Notes: generated by a model from the sequence alone, not told the origin. A stretch of DNA of 63,600 bases, filler included, from 6 parts of 6 records of this genome joined end to end with filler, not necessarily neighbours in it; one strand, 5' to 3'. Positions 12,214-23,389 are shown, numbered from the whole stretch's first letter. Program-made: numbers and translations.

Positions 12214-14052
12214 TTATTGCTGACGAGGTGACTGATCCTCCACCTTAGAAGGCATGAAATATCCATGCTCGTCGCACAGATTCGTCAGCCGCGTGCCCGC
12301 CTCACCAAGAATAAACACAGCGGCCATGCACCGCACCGACCGAGCTCCCAAACCCTTGAAGAAAATCGGCATTCCGCCCTCTGCGTATAAGTTCTTTGCC
12401 GTCGCCAGCATACTACGATGTTTGATGGGCTGACTAACACCCCGGTCCGCCTGCATCCGAGTCTTGATGGTGTCCGCAGGTTGAGTCAAAGTTGCAGCAA
12501 TCTGACCAGCAAGCAGAGATGCCACGGCACTCGCCGCGACTTCGTGCCCGCTGAAGTAGCGTGAGTCGTCCATCAACACCTTTTTCATAACCGGTGCCAA
12601 CCCAAAGAAGCACGTAGTCCACCCAGTCTCGCGGATGAGCGTCGGGTTTATGCCTCGCATCAAGCCCACGAGCCCCCTGTTCTTAAGAATGCCCATGCTC
12701 TCGCCAAGAATGGTACCTCCACTCCGCTGCTGTGAAATCATCACAAGCTCACACGGCGCCACAACCCCGGCAGAAACAGCTCCGGCCGCCGCGGCGAGGC
12801 CCACCTGGACGGCTGGTCCAATCGATTTGTCCGACTCGTGCTCTAGTACCATGCTGGAATACAGCTGCCCGAAAAGCCCATTGGCAGCGTACTGCAGAGC
12901 TGATATGGGCCCGATGGACCCTGCATTGATCCACACTCCACGATACATCACGCGAGGATCCAGGGAGATGGGCTGCTTATATTGCAGCGTGTTCTTGATG
13001 TAAACAGTCGGCTGGGTGATGAAAGTTTCTATCACGCCCGCAGTGCCTCCGACCACAAACATCCTCATGAATGTCTCCTCTTCCTCGTCGTCCTCATCCT
13101 TTGACACACCATAACCCAACATATCGTTCATAAAGTGGGAATTGATCTGCATGCGGTGCAGCCAATGGCGCGCCCGGGCGTCGGGTTGAGTCTGGTTAAA
13201 CAGAGCAAACAAGACGTCCTCGGTTCCCACCACCTTGTGTCCCCTCTTTTCTGCCTCCTGGACGGCATCCAGCAGGGCCAGCTGCACATTCTTGCTGTAT
13301 TCGGCGTTTCCATAAAACACCTCCGGCGAGACACCCCGCCTCTCCAAGAACTTTATCGCCTTGGTTTTGTGCTTCTGATCAGCATCGAACATCGCCTTCA
13401 ACAAGTCCTCCGTCCCTATCAACTTCCTGTTGTTTTGCCTTGCCTCCCTCTGCGCATTTTGCAGCAGACGCATGGCGTTGAACGTGTACGTGTTCGATCC
13501 CTCCAGGCGGTCCAGGGTGACGCCCCTTTCCTGCAGCAGGTTAATAGCCCTACTCCTGGTCTTGTTTGCTGATGCGCTATGAAACATGGCCCACAACAGA
13601 TCTTCGCTCCCCACAACTTCGTGGCCGTTTAAGTGCGCCCTCTCGTTAGCACTCCGCAGAGCGAGCTGTACATTATCGCTGTACTTGAACGGCATGAACA
13701 CTTGTTCCTTTGTTAGTCCCCTCCTCTCCAAAAACTTAAGCGCGGTCGAGGTATCTGTTGGCGCGTGGAAAATCGCCCATAAGATATCTTCAGTTGCAAC
13801 GACCTTGTGTCCCACCCATCGCGCCCGCTTGTCCGCCGTCTGCATGATAATCTCCGCTTTCTTTCCCATGGGAAGCCGAGGCTCATCGTCGTCGTAGAAG
13901 GTCCCCTCGCTGTCACCACCGTCATCCTCCATCGCAGTGCCGACATCTTCCATGGCCGCGCCAGCAACCATGCTGACGGTGCTAGTCAGCTTACGCATAA
14001 GGCTGCTCTGGACAGCCTCCCCATCGCTCCCCACCTCGTCTATGGGCAACAT
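12214..14052 (-). CDS. Fusion: four Clp N-terminal (Clp-R) repeats + C-terminal mitochondrial carrier (SLC25) domain, 612 aa, intronless
   Basis: Four repeats of type A..EA...GH.VVGTEDLL.A.F.....A..L..RGV, then carrier repeats QPTVYIKNTLQ, APCELVMISQQ and QPADTIKTRMQ in one uninterrupted ORF. Confidence 0.88.
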   Translation of the reverse strand: MLPIDEVGSDGEAVQSSLMRKLTSTVSMVAGAAMEDVGTAMEDDGGDSEGTFYDDDEPRLPMGKKAEIIMQTADKRARWVGHKVVATEDILWAIFHAPTDTSTALKFLERRGLTKEQVFMPFKYSDNVQLALRSANERAHLNGHEVVGSEDLLWAMFHSASANKTRSRAINLLQERGVTLDRLEGSNTYTFNAMRLLQNAQREARQNNRKLIGTEDLLKAMFDADQKHKTKAIKFLERRGVSPEVFYGNAEYSKNVQLALLDAVQEAEKRGHKVVGTEDVLFALFNQTQPDARARHWLHRMQINSHFMNDMLGYGVSKDEDDEEEETFMRMFVVGGTAGVIETFITQPTVYIKNTLQYKQPISLDPRVMYRGVWINAGSIGPISALQYAANGLFGQLYSSMVLEHESDKSIGPAVQVGLAAAAGAVSAGVVAPCELVMISQQRSGGTILGESMGILKNRGLVGLMRGINPTLIRETGWTTCFFGLAPVMKKVLMDDSRYFSGHEVAASAVASLLAGQIAATLTQPADTIKTRMQADRGVSQPIKHRSMLATAKNLYAEGGMPIFFKGLGARSVRCMAAVFILGEAGTRLTNLCDEHGYFMPSKVEDQSPRQQ

Positions 14053-14289
14053 TCCCAGGCCCTTAATTAAAATATGCTTCGGAGGGCAGATGGTTATAAA
14101 AAGCGTAGCTGGGGTAACGAGTAGACGAACTAGTGGCGGAGCCTGAAAGTGCCCGATAACCTTGCAAGCCGCACGGTTCGCGGTTCAGGTTGTTGCGGCT
14201 CCGCCCTGTGGACATACGTGCCTCTATCATGATGGCCTCACGGCCTCATCGATTGTGAGTGTTCCTACGTGTGAAACTCAGTTCATGAG

Positions 14290-15150
14290 CTCGGGGACGC
14301 CCGCCGAGGCCGAAGGACCGCCTTCAATCAACCTCCGCTCCGGCCGCCAAGCGCGGCCTGACTGGCACCGACGCTGCCGTCGTGGTGGGTGCTAGGCTCG
14401 AAGCCCCAGGCCGCGCGCCCCGGGGCGTGCCGGGCCAGGCCCCCCGGCGGCGGTGACAGGCGGAACAGGCGCGCCCCCGCCCGGCCGGCCCCCGGGGTCA
14501 AGCCCTGGCCGCGTGCGGCCCCCGCCGCGTGCCGCCAGTGGGCGCGCCGCTAGCCGCCGGAGGCTCGAACCCCCTCCCCGCGGGCGCCCGGTTGGCGGGT
14601 CACACCAAGTTGGTTGGCCTCGAAGTTCGAAAGGTCCCGGCGACGAATTATGAATCTGACGATAGTTCCGAGTGATTCAATTCACTCAGTCCGAAGTCGG
14701 CCGATCGGACAGCCAAGCCGCTTGCGCCAAGCTCGGTAGTGCAGTGCGGCGCCCCGGCCCGCCCCGGCGGGGACTGGGGGCCGCGCGCGCCCCCGCCCAG
14801 CCGGCCGCGGCCCTGAACCGCCCAAACTGACTCTCGGGCAGTCCGGTGCCGGCGCCCGCATGCCACCCGGTTGGCGCGCGCCCCGGCCGGTGCCCACCGG
14901 CCCGGCCGGGGCGACCGCCCGGCGGCCACCGGGCTGGGCGGCGACCCGCCCGCCGGGGCTCCGGCCCCTCCGGAGGGGACACGGCGGTCCCGACGCCGCA
15001 CGGCCAGGCAAGCCGGTGCCGGATCACTTGACTCAGAGGGGGTGGACCGGCCGGGCCCGCCGGGCCGGGGACGGCGCCGCCAGGGGCCGGGACCGGACCT
15101 CCTTCCGCCGGGTACGTATCCGCCGCCGCGCCCCCAGGCTGCAGTGCCGC
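14290..15150. promoter_or_regulatory. GC-rich island / putative bidirectional promoter
   Basis: GC blocks ~14400-14600 and ~14745-15140 around an AT-richer core ~14645-14690; TGACTCA at ~15029. Lies between the divergent carrier and ISN1 genes. Confidence 0.5.
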
Positions 15151-15370
15151 CAGCGTTATCACGAGTACAGCAGCACTGAGAACAACTTCACTCACACAGC
15201 GAGCCGATTGGAACGCCCACACCGACAGCCCGTGCAGAATACACTTAACCACATCACCTGGCGGCAGACTATGCAGGGCGGACCAGTCTTCCACCGAAAT
15301 AGCTCCAAGCGGCCCCAAAAGTATTCATATATTTCTTCGATAGACACTCATACGTTAGTGTGTGGTAGTT

Positions 15371-16985
15371 ATGGCCGATCTCTTTTCCAGTCGCAGGCGC
15401 AACTATATGCTCTCTTCCCATAGGAAGGACAGACTGATCGAGTGGATGAAGGTACGGACATCAGGTAGCGGTGCCCACACATGCAGCTCACCCAACAATA
15501 GGAAATGTTAAACCACTCGTTTGTGTTGGACGCCAGCCGAACGTATGCAGACACATTTTCTTATTTTGAGGAGCTCATTGCGGAATATCAGAAGGACCGG
15601 GAGTCCAGCCGCCTTCTTCGCATAGTACCATCGATTGGAACCTTCTTCTCGGCGTTGCCACTTAGGGAGGCGTTCCTTCGGTATGACGCTAAATACTGCA
15701 TCACCGCTCGTCGGCATGTGACGTGAGTGTGCTCTCGGAGTATTTTCCTATTACATGGTTAGCCGGACCAGACTAACGGTATCCTAGGCCATCCTTCAAT
15801 GAAATTCGTCATATTCTCAACCTCGCCCAAGTAATTGCCCTAAAGGACACACTCAAGCTTGTTACCTTCGATGGTGACCAGACTTTGTATTCCGATGGGG
15901 GTTGTTACGAAGATAACAAGGTCTTGTCTGGGGCTGTGGCAGGACTACTTCGGGCTGGTGTTCGTATTGCTCTTGTGACAGCCGCCGGATACGGTCTTGA
16001 TGGATCAAAATATGCTCATCGCATTCAGGTCCTTTTGGATATGTTTGTGGAAGTGGGCTTAACCGAAGAGGAGATTGGTCGGTTCTATGTTTTTGGTGGG
16101 GAATGCAACTATCTTTTGCGATGTGTTCTGGTCAACGACAAGCCGGATGCTCCTTTCGTTCAACTTTGTCCGGTGCAACCTGAAGAGTGGCAGGCACCAG
16201 AGCTGGGAGGCCCGCGGCCTACATACTGGGATGCTGAGGAAGTCACTCGAATCCTCGACATCGCGGAAAATACCATGAAGGACACGCGTGATCAAATGCA
16301 ACTTCGTGCGCGTATCTTGAGGAAAGAGAGGGCGGTAGGGATGTTCCCAGGTGGCGATGCCCTTGTGAAAGAATATCCGAAAGGACATGGTGAGACCCTT
16401 TTCACCTGTATTAATTCCCTCGTTTTTCACACCTGCACAGGTCATTTGAAGCTTAAGAGGGAGGCATTGGACGAGACGGTGTTACGCATTATGGATGCCC
16501 TCCGAGTTGCGGAACCGAAGATCCAGCTGCCCTATTGTGTCTTCAATGGTGGCCGCGATGCCTGGGTCGATATTGGGCACAAGGGTGTTGGTGTGAGTAG
16601 CCTGTGACTTTTGGAATTTTTTGTTCTCATTTGTTGTGAAGGTGGAGGCACTACAAGCGTACTTTGGGGTTGCTCCGGCCACATGCCTCCACCTTGGTGA
16701 TCAGTTCCTAGTCACCGGAAACGACCATGCTGCCCGAAACGTTTCACCCTGCATCTGGATCATATCTCCTCGTGAGACCGAAAAGATATTGGAGACTCTC
16801 ATCAATGTGACCGGAATCAAGGTGTGTATGACATGACCTGCGATAGACTCATAAGACTGGTGTTAACGAGCGAGTAGCCCATCAACGCACGGAAGGATAG
16901 AGACAGCAGTGGGCCCCTGACGAGATTCGACGTGTGGACTGGACAGACTGTGAACGCGGATGACGGCTCTGTAGTGAACGAGTGA
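15371..16985 (+). CDS. ISN1: IMP-specific 5'-nucleotidase (ISN1 family, HAD superfamily), multi-exon
   Basis: Spliced: SRRRNYMLSSHRKDRLIEWMK|EMLNHSFVL...RRHVT|PSFNEIRHILN...LVTFDGDQTLY (HAD motif I), VTAAGY, GGECNYL, FNGGRDAWVDIGHK, LHLGDQF...GND. The start may lie further upstream (ATG 15271). Confidence 0.9.
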
Positions 16986-17398
16986 TGAGGCCCTAAGGCG
17001 CCCTCGCCTTTGGTCGCAAGCTACGCTGCGGTCGCACATCACACTTCAAACATCAACGATTTTGGGACCTCACGCAGGTCGCATCAGAAAATGATCGCAT
17101 GACTGTAAACTTTAAGAGTCAAAAATCCCAAGATTCAATCTCCTGTATCCCAAATTGTCCGATAATAACTCAATCACTATGGCCATGGGCCGCCTTCCAC
17201 CCAGGCCGTAGGCCGCCACTCGACCCAACCAGCGTTGGCAAGAACCCAATTATGCTCAGCAACCAATCCACTGCCCTTGCGTAGACTGCTTTTGCTATGG
17301 ACGCCGTACCCTTTTGACATGGGTACACCAACTGACCTATATACGTATGCTCCTTCCGGGTACACTCACGACATTGCAGCGGACAAAACTGTGCCAAT

Positions 17399-18372
17399 AT
17401 GCCCCACACCAACAACCCTAACCGCAAGAAGTGGCCCAAGAAAAGCGGAAAAAAGAAAAAAACACTACCGGCTCAGGGTGATGAGGGAAAAGATGGAGGG
17501 AAAGAGCTGACTGCAGCTCAGAAAAAGCGATCTTTGAAGAACACAATCCGGGGTGTGGAGCGCCTTTTGAAGAAGGATGTGAGTTTTTAGGATATATTCT
17601 GGGCTTTTGCTGACTCTTCACTTGAGACCCTGCCGGAAAACGTACGCAAAGAAAAGGAGGAACAGCTGAAATCTCTGCGAGAGCAGCTTGAAGGGAAAGC
17701 AGAGAAGGAAAGAGAGAAAAAGTTTGCGGTCAAGTATCGTAAAGTGCGATTCTTCGGTGAGTTGCGTTGATGGTTACATCCACCTGTTGCATGGACTCAA
17801 AACTATTCGCGTTGCAGAGAGACGTAAGATTATGCGCAAGATCAAGAAGGCAGAGAAAGCTCTTGCTGCGGCTGAGAACGAAGGAGGTGATACTGTTGCG
17901 GCAGAGAAAGTGCTGGCAGAGCTGCGTGTTGATCTTGACTACGTTGTTCATTTCCCTAAAAATACCAAGTACATGTCCTTGTTCCCGAACAAGGACTCAG
18001 TGGACAGTGAAGAGGTCAACAAGAAGCGGTGAGTTCATGTGGCGACCTTTTTGAGGATAGCTCTGATATTGGTGCAATTAGGGCTGAAGTCAGAGAGGAA
18101 ATTCGCGAGCGAATGGCTCGTCGTCGTGAGGCTGCTGACCATAATAGTGAAGCATGTATGATATGGGTAATGGCCTTGCTGCAATTTTTGACTGGTGTTG
18201 TTCAGCCGACAGTGAGGAGGACCTACTTGGGAATAGCGAGGACGAGGCCCCTGAGGAGGAGGAGGAGGAGGATGACTTCTTCTTAGCTGCGGATGCAACG
18301 GAAGAAGCGACTCCCAAGCGCAAAGGTTCTGACGGCAGTGGGAACGGGCGAGCAAAGAAGCGCAAGAACTGA
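17399..18372 (+). CDS. EFG1: rRNA-processing protein Efg1, multi-exon
   Basis: SLKNTIRGVERLLKKD|TLPENVR...KKFAVKYRKVRFF|ERRKIMRKIK...DLDYVVHFPKNTKYMSLFP and an acidic EEEDDFF tail match the Efg1 pattern; intron e.g. 17579-17626. Confidence 0.85.
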
Positions 18373-19103
18373 ATGGAGTACATTGCAATGCTTTTATATG
18401 ATGGAACCCCTCCTCTTGGTTGTTGGTAGATTGTGGAGGTGTTGTGGCTACACGAACGTTGAAGGCTAGAACGCTGCCAAGATCTGGATTAAACCTTATG
18501 CGGATGCCCGGACAAGCATCTTGCGTCGTGAAAAGTTTATGTGAATTTTGCGTATGAGGTGCGGCAGCGCCAAGCTGGTCAGCTTTCTTAAGGAGCACGA
18601 GGAGACGCGGCCGCAGTGTGGGACTAGAGTTTCCACTGTTGTCCCGGCCGCTCTTTTTCACTGAATGAGGTGTGGGGGGTAATTGGTGGTGGCACAGCAC
18701 TCCGTTCGGGTCCGAGGCCCAGTGCCAGAGATAACTTTGGTGGAACCACTCATCAGGGGACTCAAATTCCTCTCCTAATCACGTCTTTGACATATGTATA
18801 CTTTAATCGGTTCGTTTCCGAGTCATCTTGCATGCATGGCCGGTTATAATCATGATTGTAGATACATGAAGTCGCGACTCGTGCGTGACCCAAAGTGGTA
18901 TTAAATAGCAAGTGCTTGCAGACCAGAGGTAACACTGGTTATGGATCTCAGGTGCAAGAATTTTATTGTCATCAGCTCAGTTTGTTAACAAGGGAGAGAG
19001 TACAAGAACGTGTGAAAGTGCATGTTTCCAAGACCAAAAAGATCATCGTGAAGCTCTTGAAGTAACGGCATCTCCACAAAATGTCTGGTTTCAGTTGACA
19101 TGC

Positions 19104-20126
19104 TTATTTTGGTTCATGTTTTCTTTGCAGAGCAGCTATGACGGTTTTGCAATACTTTTGGTTGACAGCGTGGCGAGAAGGTTTGAACTTAATTCTTCCA
19201 CAACCCGTCATCCACGGATGAGACATTACTTCATCAATGTCTGGTCGGCGAGAGGGGTCAATGCTTAACATCCGCGAGAGCAAATCTTTGAATTCGTCGC
19301 TGCACTTGTTGTTTGTGTGATGATCAATGACTTGCCAGTATAGTTTCACCTCATTGTTGTACCACAATCGACAATAAGGGTCATCCAAATCTGTGTTGGA
19401 GTTCCAGCACGGAAAGCCAACAACGATCTCAAATATGGCCACACCCAGACTGAAGATGTCTGCCTTCTCGGGGTCGTATCCATCATCACTACGGATGCCA
19501 GGTGGCCCAAGGACCTCAAGGGGTGCGCGAGTCCTTGTCCCGCACTCCATGCGGCTGTGAATAATTATGCCATTTGAATCTCGTGACTTGCACCAAAATG
19601 CGAAGTCTGCAAGTTTGATGCATATATCATTGAGCCGTAGTCCCTGCTTAATGTGCTCGGGAGAGGCTTGATTCTTGAAACTAACAAGAAAGTTCTCCAC
19701 CTTGATGTCTCGATGAGCTACATGTGCGTCGTGGCAGGCCTCGACGGCACGGGCCATCTGCTTGCATATTGTGTGGGCGGCGTTGATGTCCAAATTTCCA
19801 GGCATGTCTGTGAATCGCCACAAGTCCATTTCACAGAGTTCGGACACAAGATATACGTTGGTCTCGTCTGCAAGAGCTTCGAGCATGGATAGCACGTTGG
19901 GATGGTTCACTTTTGACATTCCGTACATTTCCCACTTCATTGTGTTCATGTTCTTGGGAATATTTTTGTAGTCGAGGTACTTGATCGCGACATGTGTATG
20001 TTCCCCGCTGGCCTTGTTGTTCCTGTGAGGCACCTTCAACGGTAGTCTGGATGGGCAAGAACACTTGATGACTGCACCATTGGGAATATTGGCTATAACT
20101 TCTTCAATGTCAAACTCAAATTCCAT
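19104..20126 (-). CDS. Ser/Thr protein kinase (CAMK-like), atypical motifs, intronless
   Basis: VAIK, HPNVL, HRDIKVENFL, KLADFAF, CGT..APLE, DIFSLGV, ML..DP.RR. First ATG is at 20126 (MEFEF). Confidence 0.85.
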   Translation of the reverse strand: MEFEFDIEEVIANIPNGAVIKCSCPSRLPLKVPHRNNKASGEHTHVAIKYLDYKNIPKNMNTMKWEMYGMSKVNHPNVLSMLEALADETNVYLVSELCEMDLWRFTDMPGNLDINAAHTICKQMARAVEACHDAHVAHRDIKVENFLVSFKNQASPEHIKQGLRLNDICIKLADFAFWCKSRDSNGIIIHSRMECGTRTRAPLEVLGPPGIRSDDGYDPEKADIFSLGVAIFEIVVGFPCWNSNTDLDDPYCRLWYNNEVKLYWQVIDHHTNNKCSDEFKDLLSRMLSIDPSRRPDIDEVMSHPWMTGCGRIKFKPSRHAVNQKYCKTVIAALQRKHEPK

Positions 20127-20433
20127 GGGAGAGCAGCCCACGAGTAGGGCCTTGACGGACAAGTTCAAAATGGAATTTTGGAGAGTGCTCAGGAGTGGAC
20201 GGGGTAGACTCGGTACTTGCCGATATGTCGAGCTGTTGTGATTCGAAACTTGAGGAACCGGAGAGGGAAGACATCCTTCGATTTATACTGACAAAGAGTT
20301 TAATCACATGATGACATAGATGTAGGCCGCCTGCCCAGAGGGCTATGAGTTCACTTTTCGGTCAGAGGCCAAGGCAACAGCGGTGAGCAAGCATACTCGT
20401 GTTAGTGGCGGACGGTGTGCTCGGCCGAAAGAA

Positions 20434-20456
20434 GGGGGGGGGGGGGGGGGGGGGGG
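20434..20456. other. Poly-G contig end, probable sequencing artefact
   Basis: Homopolymer G run directly abutting the N spacer. Confidence 0.7.
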
Positions 20457-20556
20457 NNNNNNNNNNNNNNNNNNNNNNNNNNNNNNNNNNNNNNNNNNNN
20501 TTAATTAATTAANNNNNNNNNNNNNNNNNNNNNNNNNNNNNNNNNNNNNNNNNNNN
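20457..20556. other. Artificial contig-joining spacer (also 28813-28912, 39118-39217, 51553-51652, 58266-58365)
   Basis: N44-TTAATTAATTAA-N44 repeated five times; genes are truncated and composition changes at each. Confidence 0.98.
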
Positions 20557-23158
20557 CGGCCTGCCGATCGAATGGAAGATCGAAGAGCAGTACCGCAAGA
20601 AGGGCCGCGACAAGGATCAGGTGCCGATCAACGAATTCCGGGGCGAATGCCGCGAGTTCGCACGCGGTTGGGTCGACATCCAGCGCGAGGAATTCAAACG
20701 TCTGGGCATCACCGGCAACTGGGAAAACCCGTATCTGACGATGGATTTCCACGCCGAACGGGTGATCGCCGAGGAGTTCATGAAGTTCCTGATGAACGGC
20801 ACGCTGTATCAGGGGTCGAAACCCGTGATGTGGTCGCCGGTCGAAAAGACCGCGCTGGCCGAGGCCGAGGTTGAGTATCACGACAAGGAAAGCTTTACCG
20901 TTTGGGTGAAATTCCGCGTGGTCGGCACCGGCAGCGATCTGGACGGCGCCAAGGTCGTGATCTGGACCACTACACCCTGGACCATGCCCAGCAACAAAGC
21001 CGTGGTTTACGGCGCAGGTATTTCCTATGGCCTGTACGAAGTGACTGCAACGCCCGAGGAATGCTGGGCCGAGGTGGGCGAACGTTTCGTGCTGAGCGAT
21101 GCGCTGGCCGCCGACGTCATGGGCCGCGCGCGGCTTGAGGAAGGCATGTACACCCGCGTGCGCGATGTCACGCAGGACGAACTGGCCAAGGCCAGCCTTG
21201 AGCACCCCTTGAAAGGGGCCGAAGGTGCGGGCGGCGAATGGGACGACCTGCGCGACTTCCGTGCTGCCGATTTCGTCACCGACACCGAAGGCACCGGCTT
21301 TGTCCACTGTGCCCCGTCGCACGGTCTGGAAGAATACGAGCTGTACCGCGATCTGGGCATGTTGGAGCAGGTCATCACCTATAACGTCATGGAAGACGGG
21401 CGTTTCCGCGACGACCTGCCGTTCTTTGGCGGCAAGGCGATCCTCAAGCCCAACGGCAAGGAAGGCAACGCCAACGCGGCGATCATCGACAAGTTGGTCG
21501 AGGTTGGCGGCCTGCTGGCGCGTGGCAAGATCAAGCACAGCTATCCGCATTCGTGGCGCTCGAAAGCGCCCGTGATCTACCGCAACACGCCGCAGTGGTT
21601 CGCCGCCATCGACAAGGTCGTGGGCGATGGGCTGGACACATTCGGCAAGACCATCCGCGAGCGTGCCCTGACCGAGATCGACAACGTCAACTGGACGCCG
21701 AAATCGGGTCGCAACCGCCTGTATTCGATGATGGAGGCGCGCCCCGACTGGGTGCTGTCGCGTCAACGGGCGTGGGGCGTGCCGCTGACTTGCTTTACTA
21801 AGAAGGGCGCACTGCCCACGGACGCCGATTTCCTGCTGCGCAACGCGGATGTGAACGCACGGATTGTCGAAGCGTTCGAGGCTGATGGCGCGGATGTCTG
21901 GTACGCGGACGGCGCGAAAGAGCGGTTCCTGGGCGGCATCGACAACCCCGACGATTACAACCAGGTCACCGACATTCTGGATGTGTGGTTTGACAGTGGC
22001 TCGACCCACGCCTTTACCCTGCGCGACCGTGAAGACGGGTCCGAGGACGGCATCGCCGATGTCTACATGGAAGGCACCGACCAGCACCGTGGCTGGTTCC
22101 ACTCGTCGCTGTTGCAATCGGTCGGCACCACCGGCCGCGCGCCCTATCGCAATGTGGTGACCCACGGCTTTACACTGGATGCCAAGGGCATGAAAATGTC
22201 CAAATCCATCGGCAACACCATCGTGCCGGACGAGGTCGTGCGTCAGTACGGTGCCGACATTCTGCGGCTGTGGGTGGCACAGGCCGATTACACCGCCGAC
22301 CAGCGGATCGGGCCGGAAATCCTGAAAGGGGTGGCTGACAGCTATCGCCGCTTGCGCAACACCATGCGGTTCATGCTGGGGTCGCTGTCGGACTTTACCG
22401 AAGCGGACCGGACCGCAGCCGCCGACATGCCCGAGCTTGAGCAATGGGTGCTGCACCGTCTGGCCGAGCTGGATGAGGTGGTGCGCACGCGCTATGCCGC
22501 CTTTGACTTCCAAGGCGTCTGGCAGGCGGTGTTCAACTTTGCCACGCTGGATCTGTCGGCCTTCTACTTCGATGTGCGCAAGGATGTGCTGTATTGCGAC
22601 GGTGACACCCTGCGCCGCCGTGCCGCGCGCACGGTGCTGGACCTGTTGTTCCAGCGCTTGACTACCTGGCTTGCACCGATCTTGGTGTTCACCATGGAAG
22701 AGGTCTGGTTGGAGCGGAACCCCGGTGCGGATGCGTCCGTTCACATGGCCGATTTCCCCGCAACCCCTGCGGACTGGCGCAATGATGCGCTGGCGGCGAA
22801 ATGGGCCGGTGTGCGTGCCGCCCGCCGTGCGGTGACCGCCGCGTTGGAAGTGCAGCGGACCGACAAGGTGATCGGTGCCTCGCTCGAGGCCGCACCGGTC
22901 GTGCATGTCGAGGACGACGCCCTGCGCGCGGCGCTGCAATCGGTGGCCTTCGAGGATCTGTGCATCACCTCCGACATCGCGATCACATCGGACGCGGCAC
23001 CGGCCGAAGCCTTCCGCCTGCCGGAAGTTCCGGGCGTGGGCGTGGTGTTTGAAAAGGCCGCAGGCGACAAATGCCAGCGTTGCTGGAAGGTGCTGCCCGA
23101 TGTGGGCACACACAGCCACGCCGGTGTCTGCGGACGCTGCGACGACGCGCTGAGCTGA
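20557..23158 (+). CDS. ileS: Isoleucine-tRNA ligase (type 1), 5'-truncated
   Basis: GLPIEWK at contig start, IWTTTPWT, GTGFVHCAP, DWVLSRQRAWG, EGTDQHRGWF, KMSKS, C-terminal CQRCWK..CGRC. Confidence 0.97.
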
Positions 23159-23180
23159 AACAGCGCCATTTCAGGCTTGT

Positions 23181-23222
23181 GGCGGCCCGTTCCCGGATTG
23201 GGGGCGGGCCGCTTTTATTTTC
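23181..23222 (+). terminator. Rho-independent terminator after ileS
   Basis: GCGGCCCGTTCCC..GGGGGCGGGCCGC stem followed by TTTTATTTT. Confidence 0.8.
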
Positions 23223-23389
23223 AGCGTTCCATTCCCGACCCGTAACGTTAGGTCAACGGGACGCTATGCAGGCGCGAAGTGATGTGACAGGTTCCCGTTA
23301 TCGTGGCACGCCAAACGCCGCGCAACATCTGGACGCCAAGGTCAAAGACCGCCGTCCACAACAGTTTCGCAAAATAGCGAGGGACACAT

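Noticed and set aside
4806-15423. Arg/Pro/Gly/Ala-rich ORFs inside the GC islands (e.g. 4806-5234, 8121-8501, 14686-15318)
   Set aside because: Expected by chance from stop-codon depletion in very GC-rich DNA.
5431-18372. Alternative genetic code or pseudogenes suggested by fragmented ORFs
   Set aside because: In the genes traced, short GT-AG introns restore the frames under the standard code.
18373-19103. Possible gene or ncRNA between EFG1 and the kinase
   Set aside because: No supported ORF, tRNA or snRNA signature was recognised.
20456-20557. Bacteria-to-eukaryote horizontal transfer junction
   Set aside because: The join is an artificial spacer and gives no evidence of physical linkage.
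20501-23119. 872-aa antisense ORF over ileS (and similar long shadows at 1555-3000, 23342-24910, 59250-61130)
   Set aside because: Antisense shadows of real genes with strong codon bias.
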